Shown one piece after another: positions 26,459 through 34,924 of a stretch of DNA of 64,000 bases (positions are counted from its first letter, which is position 1; each line of letters opens with the position of its first letter). This stretch comes from an uncultured Porphyromonadaceae bacterium (GTDB lineage: Bacteria > Bacteroidota > Bacteroidia > Bacteroidales > UBA12481). Location of the stretch: contig CAZEKJ010000005.1 of the NCBI GenBank assembly GCA_964512915.1, positions 10,394 to 74,393 of the forward strand, in the 5' to 3' direction. The notes beneath the pieces are model-generated. The model saw nothing but the letters and a program-made list of their open reading frames with translations, was not told the origin of the DNA and did not search any database. The translations under genes and the position numbers were made by a program.

Positions 26459-26842
26459 CTAACGTGTTGTTGTGATGATCCATTTGGCGGCCGCATATCC
26501 GGCCCAAACCAGAAAAAGGCCGGCAATATTCGTTACCATAATGTTAACCAGGGCCGGCCAGACTTGGTTCTCGCGAATAAGGTTCAGAGTTTCAAGAGCA
26601 TAGGTTGAAAAGGTGGTGAACCCTCCTAACAACCCGATAAACACGAAGGATCGGTAGTTCGGAGCGATTTCCCTCTCCTCCGCTACGCCCCAAAGAAACC
26701 CGATCACCAGGGATCCGAGGAGGTTAACCACGAGGGTACCCATGGGGAAAGTGCCTGAATAGATGCGGTGAGTGAATCCGGCCAGGGCATACCGCCCGAG
26801 CGTCCCAATAGCACCGCCGGTAAGCAGCAGGATTATCTTCAT
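26459..26842 (-). CDS. crcB: fluoride channel CrcB/FluC
   Basis: 127 aa with four TM segments, GGAIGTLGRY and GGFTTFSTY motifs. ATGA start/stop overlap with the upstream GH38 gene. Confidence 0.9.
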   Translation of the reverse strand: MKIILLLTGGAIGTLGRYALAGFTHRIYSGTFPMGTLVVNLLGSLVIGFLWGVAEEREIAPNYRSFVFIGLLGGFTTFSTYALETLNLIRENQVWPALVNIMVTNIAGLFLVWAGYAAAKWIITTTR

Positions 26843-29800
26843 CTGGCACCCGTGATTATCTTGATAAACTTCGATTCCAGCGGCTTAAAAATAATCGGGT
26901 CCAATCCGCTTCCAATTATTCTCCCCGTCACATCCACCTCTTGTATCTTAAAATCTTTGAATCCTTCTTTGTTCTTTCTTCTTTCGTCTTTAATCTTTAT
27001 CCCCGCTGTAACTCCCGATATTTCGCGAAGCTGAAGGATAATCGCCCCCTCCTCCGGTACCGGCTTAGCATTCACAACCAACAGATTATCGGGTTCAATC
27101 AACAGGAATGATGCTTCTGCCGGCTTGCCGTTTGGCAAACCTGCCGGAAGCACCCGTGTAAGTAGCGGTACCCTCGTTCCCCAGCCAAAGCGGGTGGCGA
27201 AACGGTTGCCGGAATCCGACCCTGAGGTCAGGGAGTAGGTGAAGGTCAGTTCCCCGCGCTGGTCGGCATTGAAATTGGTTGTCCAGTAATTATTCATCGG
27301 CCAGCCGTAAATCTGGGTCGACGCCGGCTTCGCTCCATACTGGTAGCGCCCGGTATTGATTCCTCCGAATTGCATCAGCGGAATTTTATTGCTGGTCAGC
27401 AGTATCTGGCCCGATGTGTTCCGTACAGCGGCAAAATTCTGTACCGTATTCCAATCGGTCGTGGAACCCGGGATCTGGTCGACCCCCGCCTCCATCACGC
27501 CACCCTGCACCTCGCAATAGATCCTTCCTTTATCAAGCTTAAACGGAAATGCTATGTATATTGCCTCCGGATCTGTATTGAGCTGTTTGCGAATGGTATA
27601 GACAAAATCGATCTTCTTGCAGGTATTGAAGAACCGGATCTCTGCCACAAAACCGGCCGGTCCCGCAGCTGCAACTGTTTCTCCCTTGAAGCGCAGGGTG
27701 TTCCAGACCGGTCCCTCCTCATAATTTTCAAACCAAACGGTATCCAGCGGGAATCGCTGGTATTGAGTGAGCGTCCGGCTCTCCATCTGGGATCGGTTAC
27801 CGAGCCGCTCATAAATATACTGCCCGAGTTTCCATGGTGCTGAAGGATCAACCAGGTTGATGCCCATCTCCTTGTCTGTTAGAGATTTCAATGCTCCGGT
27901 TTCGAGGTCAATCTCGCAGGAATAATAACGGGTGTCCAGGTGGGTCACCGGCTTTGGATCCCTGGGGATGGATTTAATATCGGAATTAAGATCAACCCTG
28001 ATGGCATAGGTTTTATAACCCATAGGCGGTACTTCGTCTGCCCATATTCCCCAGTAAGTGCCGTCTGACCGGTGCGACAGGGCCTGGGCCGGAACAGTGC
28101 GGCCATCGGGCCCGATAATGGAAAATGCCTTGCCCTGCGGAAGGATCTGGTGATCGATATAGATTTCAGCCAATCCGGAACGGCTCCAGTTTAACGTGTT
28201 GAAAACTGAAAGGGTAGGGGCTTCCGGGTTCTTGCTGACAAGGGTCTGAAGCAAACCCATGGCCTCTTCACCAACCATACGGGTGCGCCTGAATGCCTCC
28301 CAGGCATAAGATTCTTTCAGCGCCCGCTGGTCCATTGTGCTTTCGTGCAAGGGAGCGGTAATACTTTCGGCAAAACCAAATGTGTGCTCGTCATAAAAGA
28401 GCAGTGCACGGTTGGCCTCGCTGATCCGGCTTGTGATTCCACCCGGAAGGTCGAGCCCGTTAAGCATGGCCATCGACAGCGCCCCCTGGTTCGCAATAAT
28501 CTCGGTGTGAGCCTGCCGTGCAGCTGAAACCTCACGGGCTGCTGATCCGTACCCGTCGGTCCACCAGTCGGGCCATGCTGCCCGGTAAACGGGGAGGTCT
28601 CCCGCATGATCCCTCTCAATCACCTCAAAAAAATCGCTGATGGTTGCTGTTTTTATCTTCGGCCACTCATACTTCTCATTCCACTGCCGGATCATATCGC
28701 ACGCCAGGGTGGAAGGCGGGGAATTATCGGTCTGGTAACCGGAGTGCTGAAGCGGAATGATATCATACGGATACTCCTTCCGGTCAAGATCTTCCAGATA
28801 GGCCATGAGGTTGGTTTCGAAATTCTCAAAGTTCTGGCTGTGAATGCCAAAGAGCGTGTTGCCTATCATGTAATGTTCCGCCCTGAAAGTCAACAGCCGG
28901 CTGCCCGATGGAGATTCCCACCAGAAAGCCGTCGGCTTTTCGAACGGCAGCAATGCCCGGTGGTTGTTGATGCCCATGTTTGCATACCGGATACCGGCAG
29001 CAGGAAAATAGTCGGTGAAGCACCATCCAAACCCGTTAACGTCATTCTGCATTGCGGTTTTCACCGGAATACCCGATTCCCGGAATAGCTTCAATGGCGC
29101 CAGAGAAGCTGCGTAGGTCTGTTCATCGGGGGTTTCATCGAAATTGAAGAACATTCCGGTAACCTCGATCCTTCCCTCTGCGATACGTGTCTTCAGCCTC
29201 TCCACCTGGCTTACCGGCCGGGTCAGGAGGTACTCATTCACGGCAAAGGCCGCCTCGCAGGTCCATCTGAATTGGGATTCCTTCGGATACTGATCGGTGG
29301 CATCACAGTAATCAAGTGCATAATCTATGTATCTGAGATGCTCCGCCAGGATCTCGGTTTGCGGCCGCGTATACCCTATATCGGTGTGGGAATGCTGCAC
29401 CAGGTTGACTTTCCACTGTTTAACCGGCTGAACGGTTATCGATTCCTCCTGCGTCATGCCGGCCGATTCAATCCGGAAGGTAAAAGGCGCCGGATATTCT
29501 ACGGCCGGAAGTGCGATTTTAAACTGATGAACACCAAAGGAGAGGTCAAACTTCTTTTCGGTTTTTCCATTGACACTTAAAATCGCAGGCCCCGTCTGGC
29601 CGAAATAGACGATCTGGACCGATACCGGTTGAACCAGCTGGCCCCCTTCCCGGTAAAGTGCCGGATAGGGTTTGAATTTCAGACCGGTGGGGATCTCCGA
29701 CTGAAAGGTCATGTACCAGGCCTGGCTGTTACTCCTGGAACCTGTAATGGCAATTGTGACAGGCTTGCCGGCGATAATCCCGGAGGCTGGCAATCTCAGA

Positions 29801-30246
29801 AACATGAATCCGAAAAGATCCCCCGGTCCGTCTACCCGGGTAGCCCTGAAGCTCAGCCGTGATCCGTCGGGAAGCTCATAATCCCAGGATTTGCGCCGCT
29901 CGGTGAAAAAGGAGAAGGACGGCTTTCCGTTCACCGACAAGTCCATCTGAACATTGCCCAGATTGGCCCCGACAGCCCCGAGCCAAACGAAATTCACAAA
30001 TTTACCAGCTGGTTTCAGCGGTGCAGGAGCAGTCTCCCATTCCATCCTCTGGGTTCCGTCAATGGCCCTGATCAACAGTGCGTTGGTTATGTCAGGAAGA
30101 GATGACTGGTAATAAAAATCCATCCCGGATAGTTTCTTCCCGAAACCCTGGATAATATCTTCATTCTTCCCGATGGGGTTGTCGGGCTGGGCACTCAGGC
30201 TTATGGAGGCCATCAGCAAGGTAATCAGGCTGAAAAGTCTTGTCAT
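26839..30246 (-). CDS. secreted GH38-family alpha-mannosidase-like protein
   Basis: 1135 aa with a signal peptide. VNLVQHSHTDIGYTRPQTEI resembles the GH38 N-terminal metal-binding HxHxD motif. The domain order needs an HMM check. Confidence 0.7.
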   Translation of the reverse strand: MTRLFSLITLLMASISLSAQPDNPIGKNEDIIQGFGKKLSGMDFYYQSSLPDITNALLIRAIDGTQRMEWETAPAPLKPAGKFVNFVWLGAVGANLGNVQMDLSVNGKPSFSFFTERRKSWDYELPDGSRLSFRATRVDGPGDLFGFMFLRLPASGIIAGKPVTIAITGSRSNSQAWYMTFQSEIPTGLKFKPYPALYREGGQLVQPVSVQIVYFGQTGPAILSVNGKTEKKFDLSFGVHQFKIALPAVEYPAPFTFRIESAGMTQEESITVQPVKQWKVNLVQHSHTDIGYTRPQTEILAEHLRYIDYALDYCDATDQYPKESQFRWTCEAAFAVNEYLLTRPVSQVERLKTRIAEGRIEVTGMFFNFDETPDEQTYAASLAPLKLFRESGIPVKTAMQNDVNGFGWCFTDYFPAAGIRYANMGINNHRALLPFEKPTAFWWESPSGSRLLTFRAEHYMIGNTLFGIHSQNFENFETNLMAYLEDLDRKEYPYDIIPLQHSGYQTDNSPPSTLACDMIRQWNEKYEWPKIKTATISDFFEVIERDHAGDLPVYRAAWPDWWTDGYGSAAREVSAARQAHTEIIANQGALSMAMLNGLDLPGGITSRISEANRALLFYDEHTFGFAESITAPLHESTMDQRALKESYAWEAFRRTRMVGEEAMGLLQTLVSKNPEAPTLSVFNTLNWSRSGLAEIYIDHQILPQGKAFSIIGPDGRTVPAQALSHRSDGTYWGIWADEVPPMGYKTYAIRVDLNSDIKSIPRDPKPVTHLDTRYYSCEIDLETGALKSLTDKEMGINLVDPSAPWKLGQYIYERLGNRSQMESRTLTQYQRFPLDTVWFENYEEGPVWNTLRFKGETVAAAGPAGFVAEIRFFNTCKKIDFVYTIRKQLNTDPEAIYIAFPFKLDKGRIYCEVQGGVMEAGVDQIPGSTTDWNTVQNFAAVRNTSGQILLTSNKIPLMQFGGINTGRYQYGAKPASTQIYGWPMNNYWTTNFNADQRGELTFTYSLTSGSDSGNRFATRFGWGTRVPLLTRVLPAGLPNGKPAEASFLLIEPDNLLVVNAKPVPEEGAIILQLREISGVTAGIKIKDERRKNKEGFKDFKIQEVDVTGRIIGSGLDPIIFKPLESKFIKIITGAR

Positions 30247-30247
30247 T

Positions 30248-31624
30248 TTATCGGTTTAATTCTGGATACTTTGAATAAATATATCGCTGATCCCCCTCCG
30301 GGAGACTTTTTAACGGTAATGGCGAGTCCTGCGGACGGGTCTGCTTCTGGTTGATCAGCCCCATCAGGCTCCAGTTCCGGCCCAGCTCCCGGGGCTCCGC
30401 CGCCGGCAGATCGTACCGGGTAAAGTCAATAACCTCTTTGGAATTATCCGTCAGGTTTTTCAAAATGGCCAGGCGGAATCCCTTGTTCATGTACCAGCTG
30501 ATCTCCTTGTCCTTATCCGAACCCCCGATCCCGGTGCCCTGCTGCACAAACCAGTAATCAATGTTGTCGTTGGTCTTAAACTCATTTCTCCAACGGAGTC
30601 CGAATTCCCCCTGGGTGATGCACTGCGCATCCGGCCAGCGCGTTCTGATCTCCTTCAGCCATTCGGTCAGTTTTTCAAGATGCCCGATCGGTTCAATCAG
30701 GGAGATCTCCCAGCAATTGGTTACCCAGGCAAACCCGTTCAGGGAAAACCCATTGTCGAAATGAGCAGCCGTGGTGGCGATCATTTGTTTCAACCCGTCC
30801 TCCGGGCCATGATTTCGGATGGTCTCAATCGGCCCGACCCCCATCCTGCTGTTAAACCCTTCCTTGAAACCCTCGCGGCGGGCTGCCAGGAAATCACAGG
30901 TCCAGCCGTCAAGGTTTACACAATCGATAAAATCGGCAGGCGACTGCGCCGGTTTGCAAAAATGTTCTTTCGAAGGATAATAGGGATAACTAATAGAGCC
31001 GTCACCATCCTGATTATCAATGGCATACTGGCTCCAGATATTCCCCTGGCAAACATGAATGCCCTCTTTCTCAGCGAGGTACTGAATATTCTCCGCTGCC
31101 AGGAATCCGGCTACAATACTGTTGGGACGAAAATCTTTCCCCATGAATTCTGATATTCTTTTCAAGGCGTCATGCAAGTCGAGGTTAACCTGTTCACGTG
31201 TATTGTAGGCATTGGCAAAATAGCCCCCGGGAATAAAGGTTACATCATCGCCATAATGAAGGTGGCATTTGCGGGCATATTTACGGATGGCATCATAGTT
31301 CTCAAGCTCCGAAAACAGGGCCTGCCAGCTAAAGGCCCAGGTGATTCTGGCTTCCGGCCAGCCTTCAGCGATAGCATCCCTGAAGGCTTGTGCATGCTCC
31401 AGGGTATGGATGGAGGCCTCGTCTTCACCTTCGTTCCGGTCGCGGGTGACCTCAATCTGGTTCACGCGAACCACGGTATTAAGCGTCAGAAAGCGATTGC
31501 CGGTTACCGGTGCTGAAACGAGGGCCTGGAATTTTTTCCTTTCTTTTGACCGTGAGGAAAAAAACAAAATCAGATAAACGGACATAAAACCGATAGCAAA
31601 CAGCGCGAACGTCATTCTTTTCAT
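30248..31624 (-). CDS. membrane-anchored uncharacterised protein (recalls DUF3863 family)
   Basis: 458 aa with an N-terminal TM anchor. The ITWAFSWQAL and GGYFANAYN blocks support the family assignment only from memory. Confidence 0.4.
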   Translation of the reverse strand: MKRMTFALFAIGFMSVYLILFFSSRSKERKKFQALVSAPVTGNRFLTLNTVVRVNQIEVTRDRNEGEDEASIHTLEHAQAFRDAIAEGWPEARITWAFSWQALFSELENYDAIRKYARKCHLHYGDDVTFIPGGYFANAYNTREQVNLDLHDALKRISEFMGKDFRPNSIVAGFLAAENIQYLAEKEGIHVCQGNIWSQYAIDNQDGDGSISYPYYPSKEHFCKPAQSPADFIDCVNLDGWTCDFLAARREGFKEGFNSRMGVGPIETIRNHGPEDGLKQMIATTAAHFDNGFSLNGFAWVTNCWEISLIEPIGHLEKLTEWLKEIRTRWPDAQCITQGEFGLRWRNEFKTNDNIDYWFVQQGTGIGGSDKDKEISWYMNKGFRLAILKNLTDNSKEVIDFTRYDLPAAEPRELGRNWSLMGLINQKQTRPQDSPLPLKSLPEGDQRYIYSKYPELNR

Positions 31625-31634
31625 AAATGGAATT

Positions 31635-32978
31635 CTATTTCTTTTTCAGTTTATATTGTGCGGTCCAGTACTCCTCGATCTCTTCCAGTGTTTTCCCGCG
31701 GGTTTCCGGCAGCAATCTCCAGACCAGCAGTATGGTGGGAATGCAGAACAGGGCAAAGATCCAGAAGGTATACGCGGTATTGAACTTCTCGAGCAGGAGT
31801 GGTACCATTTGGCCGAGAAGCGCGTTGGTAACCCATAGCATCAGGGTGGCGATGGCCATGGCGCGTCCCCGGATCCGGTTCGGAAAGATCTCGGAAAGGC
31901 ATATCCATACCACCGGACCGTAGGAGAAGGCGAAGCAGGCAATAAATATCAGAATAAAGACCAGCATTGTAACTCCTTGTGTAATACCGGAATAGAATAA
32001 TATTCCGATAATTGTATGCGATATCAGGGCACCTGTTGCGCCGATCAGGAGCATAGTACGCCGTCCCCATTGGTCAACTTTCCAGATCGCCAGCAGCGTA
32101 AAAACCACCATGATGGCGCCGATGACAACCTGGCCGCCAAGGGCACTGCTGAGGCTGAAACCGGCATTTTCAAGGATCCGGGGCCCGTAATACAAAATGG
32201 CATTGATCCCGCTTAACTGCTGCAGCATGGCAAGGGCTATCCCGATCAGCAGCACCGGACCGAAGCCTGTTTTAAAGATTGTTTTGATCGAAATTCGATC
32301 TGAATTCTGCGCAGGGTCAACCAGACCGGTCGTGGAGAGCTGCTGGTGGCGCAGCGCCAGCCATCGCGGACTCTCAGGTACCAGCAGCACCAGGATGATA
32401 AACAGGAGGGCAGGAATCATTCCGCTGCCAAACATGGATCGCCACACATCATCGGTAATAATCCAGTTAAAAAAACCAGACGGATTAAAAACTTCGGATA
32501 CGGAAAGACTTAATAAACCGGCATTTACAAAATAGGCAGCCAGGATTCCCAGGGCGATAGAGAACTGATAAAACGCTACCAGGCGTCCACGGATTCTGGC
32601 AGGGGCGATTTCGGCGATGTAAACCGGGCAGATCAGTGATGCAACCCCAACACCAATACCGCCTATAAGGCGATAAGCGATGAGAGTCTGGTGAGTGCCG
32701 GCCAGCATGCAGCCCAGAGCCGAAACCATGAAGAGAAAAGCTGCCAGCCACATCACCGGCTTCCGTCCGAACCGGTCGCTCAGGTACCCGGCAAAGGATA
32801 CGCCGATAATGCATCCCACCAGGGCCGAACTGACAAACCAGCCCTCCGATATCGCATCAAGGGCAAACTTCGACTTAACCAGGCTGATGGTTCCGGAAAT
32901 CACCGCAGTGTCATAGCCAAAGAGGAATCCGCCTAACGAGGCGACAAATGCGAGGAGGGGAAGGGAGGGGGTGCGCAT
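31635..32978 (-). CDS. MFS sugar porter (paralog of 10651..11988)
   Basis: 447 aa. Contains GRKPVMW, PESPRWL and PETRGKTLEEIE. Confidence 0.85.
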   Translation of the reverse strand: MRTPSLPLLAFVASLGGFLFGYDTAVISGTISLVKSKFALDAISEGWFVSSALVGCIIGVSFAGYLSDRFGRKPVMWLAAFLFMVSALGCMLAGTHQTLIAYRLIGGIGVGVASLICPVYIAEIAPARIRGRLVAFYQFSIALGILAAYFVNAGLLSLSVSEVFNPSGFFNWIITDDVWRSMFGSGMIPALLFIILVLLVPESPRWLALRHQQLSTTGLVDPAQNSDRISIKTIFKTGFGPVLLIGIALAMLQQLSGINAILYYGPRILENAGFSLSSALGGQVVIGAIMVVFTLLAIWKVDQWGRRTMLLIGATGALISHTIIGILFYSGITQGVTMLVFILIFIACFAFSYGPVVWICLSEIFPNRIRGRAMAIATLMLWVTNALLGQMVPLLLEKFNTAYTFWIFALFCIPTILLVWRLLPETRGKTLEEIEEYWTAQYKLKKK

Positions 32979-32983
32979 AGGAT

Positions 32984-33048
32984 GTTGCTGGTTGCTGGTT
33001 GCTTGTTACCAGTTACCGGTTACCGGTTGCCGGTTAAGGAGCCAGAAG
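32984..33048. repeat. heptamer array GTTGCTG/GTTACCG (~7.5 units, to 33036) + junction GCCAGAAG (33041-33048)
   Basis: Starts 5 nt after the MFS start codon. Confidence 0.9.
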
Positions 33049-33071
33049 GTTTTATTCTAACAAATACTCAC

Positions 33072-33135
33072 AGTCTCAAAGTCTTATAGTCTCAAAGTCT
33101 TATAGTCTCAAAGTCTTATAGTCTCAAAGTCTTCT
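33072..33135. repeat. 16-nt tandem array AGTCTCAAAGTCTTAT (4 units)
   Basis: Counted by hand. Confidence 0.95.
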
Positions 33136-33167
33136 GACTCTCGGTCTCTCGGTCTCTCGGTCTCCAA
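33136..33167. repeat. octamer array GACTCTCG/GTCTCTCG (4 units)
   Basis: Counted by hand. It runs up to the stop of the amidohydrolase gene. Confidence 0.85.
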
Positions 33168-33178
33168 ACTCCCGACTC

Positions 33179-34819
33179 TCACTCTCCTCCCCACACCCTC
33201 TCTCCCCCGATCCACGTCTGCAGCACCTTAATTTTCGGTACCCTCAGCGGATCGGCAGTCATGATATCTTCCTCAAGGACGACGAAATCAGCCATTTTTC
33301 CAGGTTCCAGGCTTCCGCGCTCGTTTTCTTCGAAGCATGATTTGGCTGCCCAGATCGTCATCGCCCTCAGGCACTCCTCCCGGGTAAGGGCATTCTCAGT
33401 CTGCCATCCGCCATCCGGGAACCCGCTCTGGTCCATCCGGGCAAAGCCAGCAAAAAAGCCAAAGAGCGGATTGATCTTCTCAACCGGAAAGTCGCTGCCA
33501 TTGGGCAGCCAGCCATTCTGGTCAAGCAGTTCTTTATAGGCATAGGCACCCTTGATCCGTTCCGGTCCTACACGGTCTTCGGCCCAATACATATCCGAAG
33601 TGGCATGGCTCATCTGGACGGAAGGTATGATACTAAAGTCTTTGAAAAGCTTAAAATCATCAGGATGTATGATCTGCGCATGTTCAATCCTCCAGCGCCG
33701 GTCATTTGCCTCCATGAGTATGTCTTTATATATATTCAGCATCAACTGGTTGGCGGCATCGCCAATGCAATGCGTCTCTACCTGATAACCCGCATCGTAA
33801 CATTTCTGACAGATAATCCGTAAATAATCTGATTCATTAACCTGCAGCCCGGTTTTCTCCGGTGCATCGCTGTAAGGTTCGAGCATCAGAGCCCCCCTTG
33901 AACCCAGCGCACCATCGGCAAAAAGTTTAACGGACCGAACATTGAGCCGGTCTGTCTTGTAAATTCCTTTGCTTACGAATCCCTTGAAATTCTCATCCGT
34001 CGGTGACAGCATGGCATAAACCCGCATTTTGAGCTGCCCTTCCTTTTGAAGCTGGTCCATCAGGTTAACCATGGAGAAGCCAAGGCCAGCGTCTGCAACA
34101 GTTGTCAAGCCAACCGCAAAACAATTCTCCTGGGCCTTCAGCAATGCCTTTGTGCTTTCTGCGGCGGGCATGTCAGGAATGAAACGGCTGACAAGGTCCA
34201 TGGCATTGTCAACCAATACGCCTGTAATTTTGCCGTTAACACGGATGATCTCACCACCGGTAACAATGGTTTTATCATCGATTCCGGCGAGTTTAAGTGC
34301 TGCGGTGTTCACAACGGCCGCATGGCCATCCACCCGGGTAAGATATACCGGCAGATCGGGAAAATAGGTGTCAAGTTCTGAACGGTCGGGAAACTGCCTG
34401 CCCGGCCAGTCGTTCTGATCCCATCCCCGCCCCAATACCCATTCGGAGGGGAAACTCTTCTGATGTTCCACCAGTCGCTGGCATATCTCCGCGAAACTTT
34501 TCGTATCGGTCAGGTCGGCTTTTCTGAGATTATCGGCATAACCCGCAAAATGACAGTGTGCATCATAAAAACCGGGATATACCGGTTTACCCTCCAGATC
34601 AATGATCTGATCAGAGTTATAGCTGCGATCAATTTCCTGGTTTGACCCAACTGCCAGGATAAGGCCGCCACGCACTGCAAAACTCTCTGCGACCCTGCTG
34701 TTACCGTCCACCGTGTAGATTTTAGAGTTTTTAACAATAAAATCAGCGGTTTCAGGCCCTTTGCAGGATAGAACTGCACCAGAAGCAAGCAAAATCGACA
34801 TAAGAAATAGGTATTTCAT
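33179..34819 (-). CDS. amidohydrolase family lipoprotein (YtcJ-like, Amidohydro_3)
   Basis: Lipoprotein signal (LLASGAVLSC). GKPVYPGFYDAHCHF is the metal-binding HxH motif. 546 aa. Confidence 0.8.
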   Translation of the reverse strand: MKYLFLMSILLASGAVLSCKGPETADFIVKNSKIYTVDGNSRVAESFAVRGGLILAVGSNQEIDRSYNSDQIIDLEGKPVYPGFYDAHCHFAGYADNLRKADLTDTKSFAEICQRLVEHQKSFPSEWVLGRGWDQNDWPGRQFPDRSELDTYFPDLPVYLTRVDGHAAVVNTAALKLAGIDDKTIVTGGEIIRVNGKITGVLVDNAMDLVSRFIPDMPAAESTKALLKAQENCFAVGLTTVADAGLGFSMVNLMDQLQKEGQLKMRVYAMLSPTDENFKGFVSKGIYKTDRLNVRSVKLFADGALGSRGALMLEPYSDAPEKTGLQVNESDYLRIICQKCYDAGYQVETHCIGDAANQLMLNIYKDILMEANDRRWRIEHAQIIHPDDFKLFKDFSIIPSVQMSHATSDMYWAEDRVGPERIKGAYAYKELLDQNGWLPNGSDFPVEKINPLFGFFAGFARMDQSGFPDGGWQTENALTREECLRAMTIWAAKSCFEENERGSLEPGKMADFVVLEEDIMTADPLRVPKIKVLQTWIGGERVWGGE

Positions 34820-34844
34820 TTTTTGGAACGGTTGTAGTTGTTAA

Positions 34845-34852
34845 CAAATCTA
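34845..34852 (-). promoter_or_regulatory. candidate Bacteroidota -7 box (TAGATTTG on minus strand)
   Basis: Perfect match to TAnnTTTG, 26 nt upstream of the ATG at 34819. Confidence 0.4.
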
Positions 34853-34924
34853 GGAATTTATGATGACACAACATTTTTTACCTGAATATGCGTTAATTTT
34901 ATACTTAAATCCCATAGTACATCT

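Noticed and set aside
26843-27000. Fluoride riboswitch upstream of crcB
   Set aside because: The region is the 3' coding end of the GH38 gene and I could not find the conserved core by eye. This still deserves a cmscan check.
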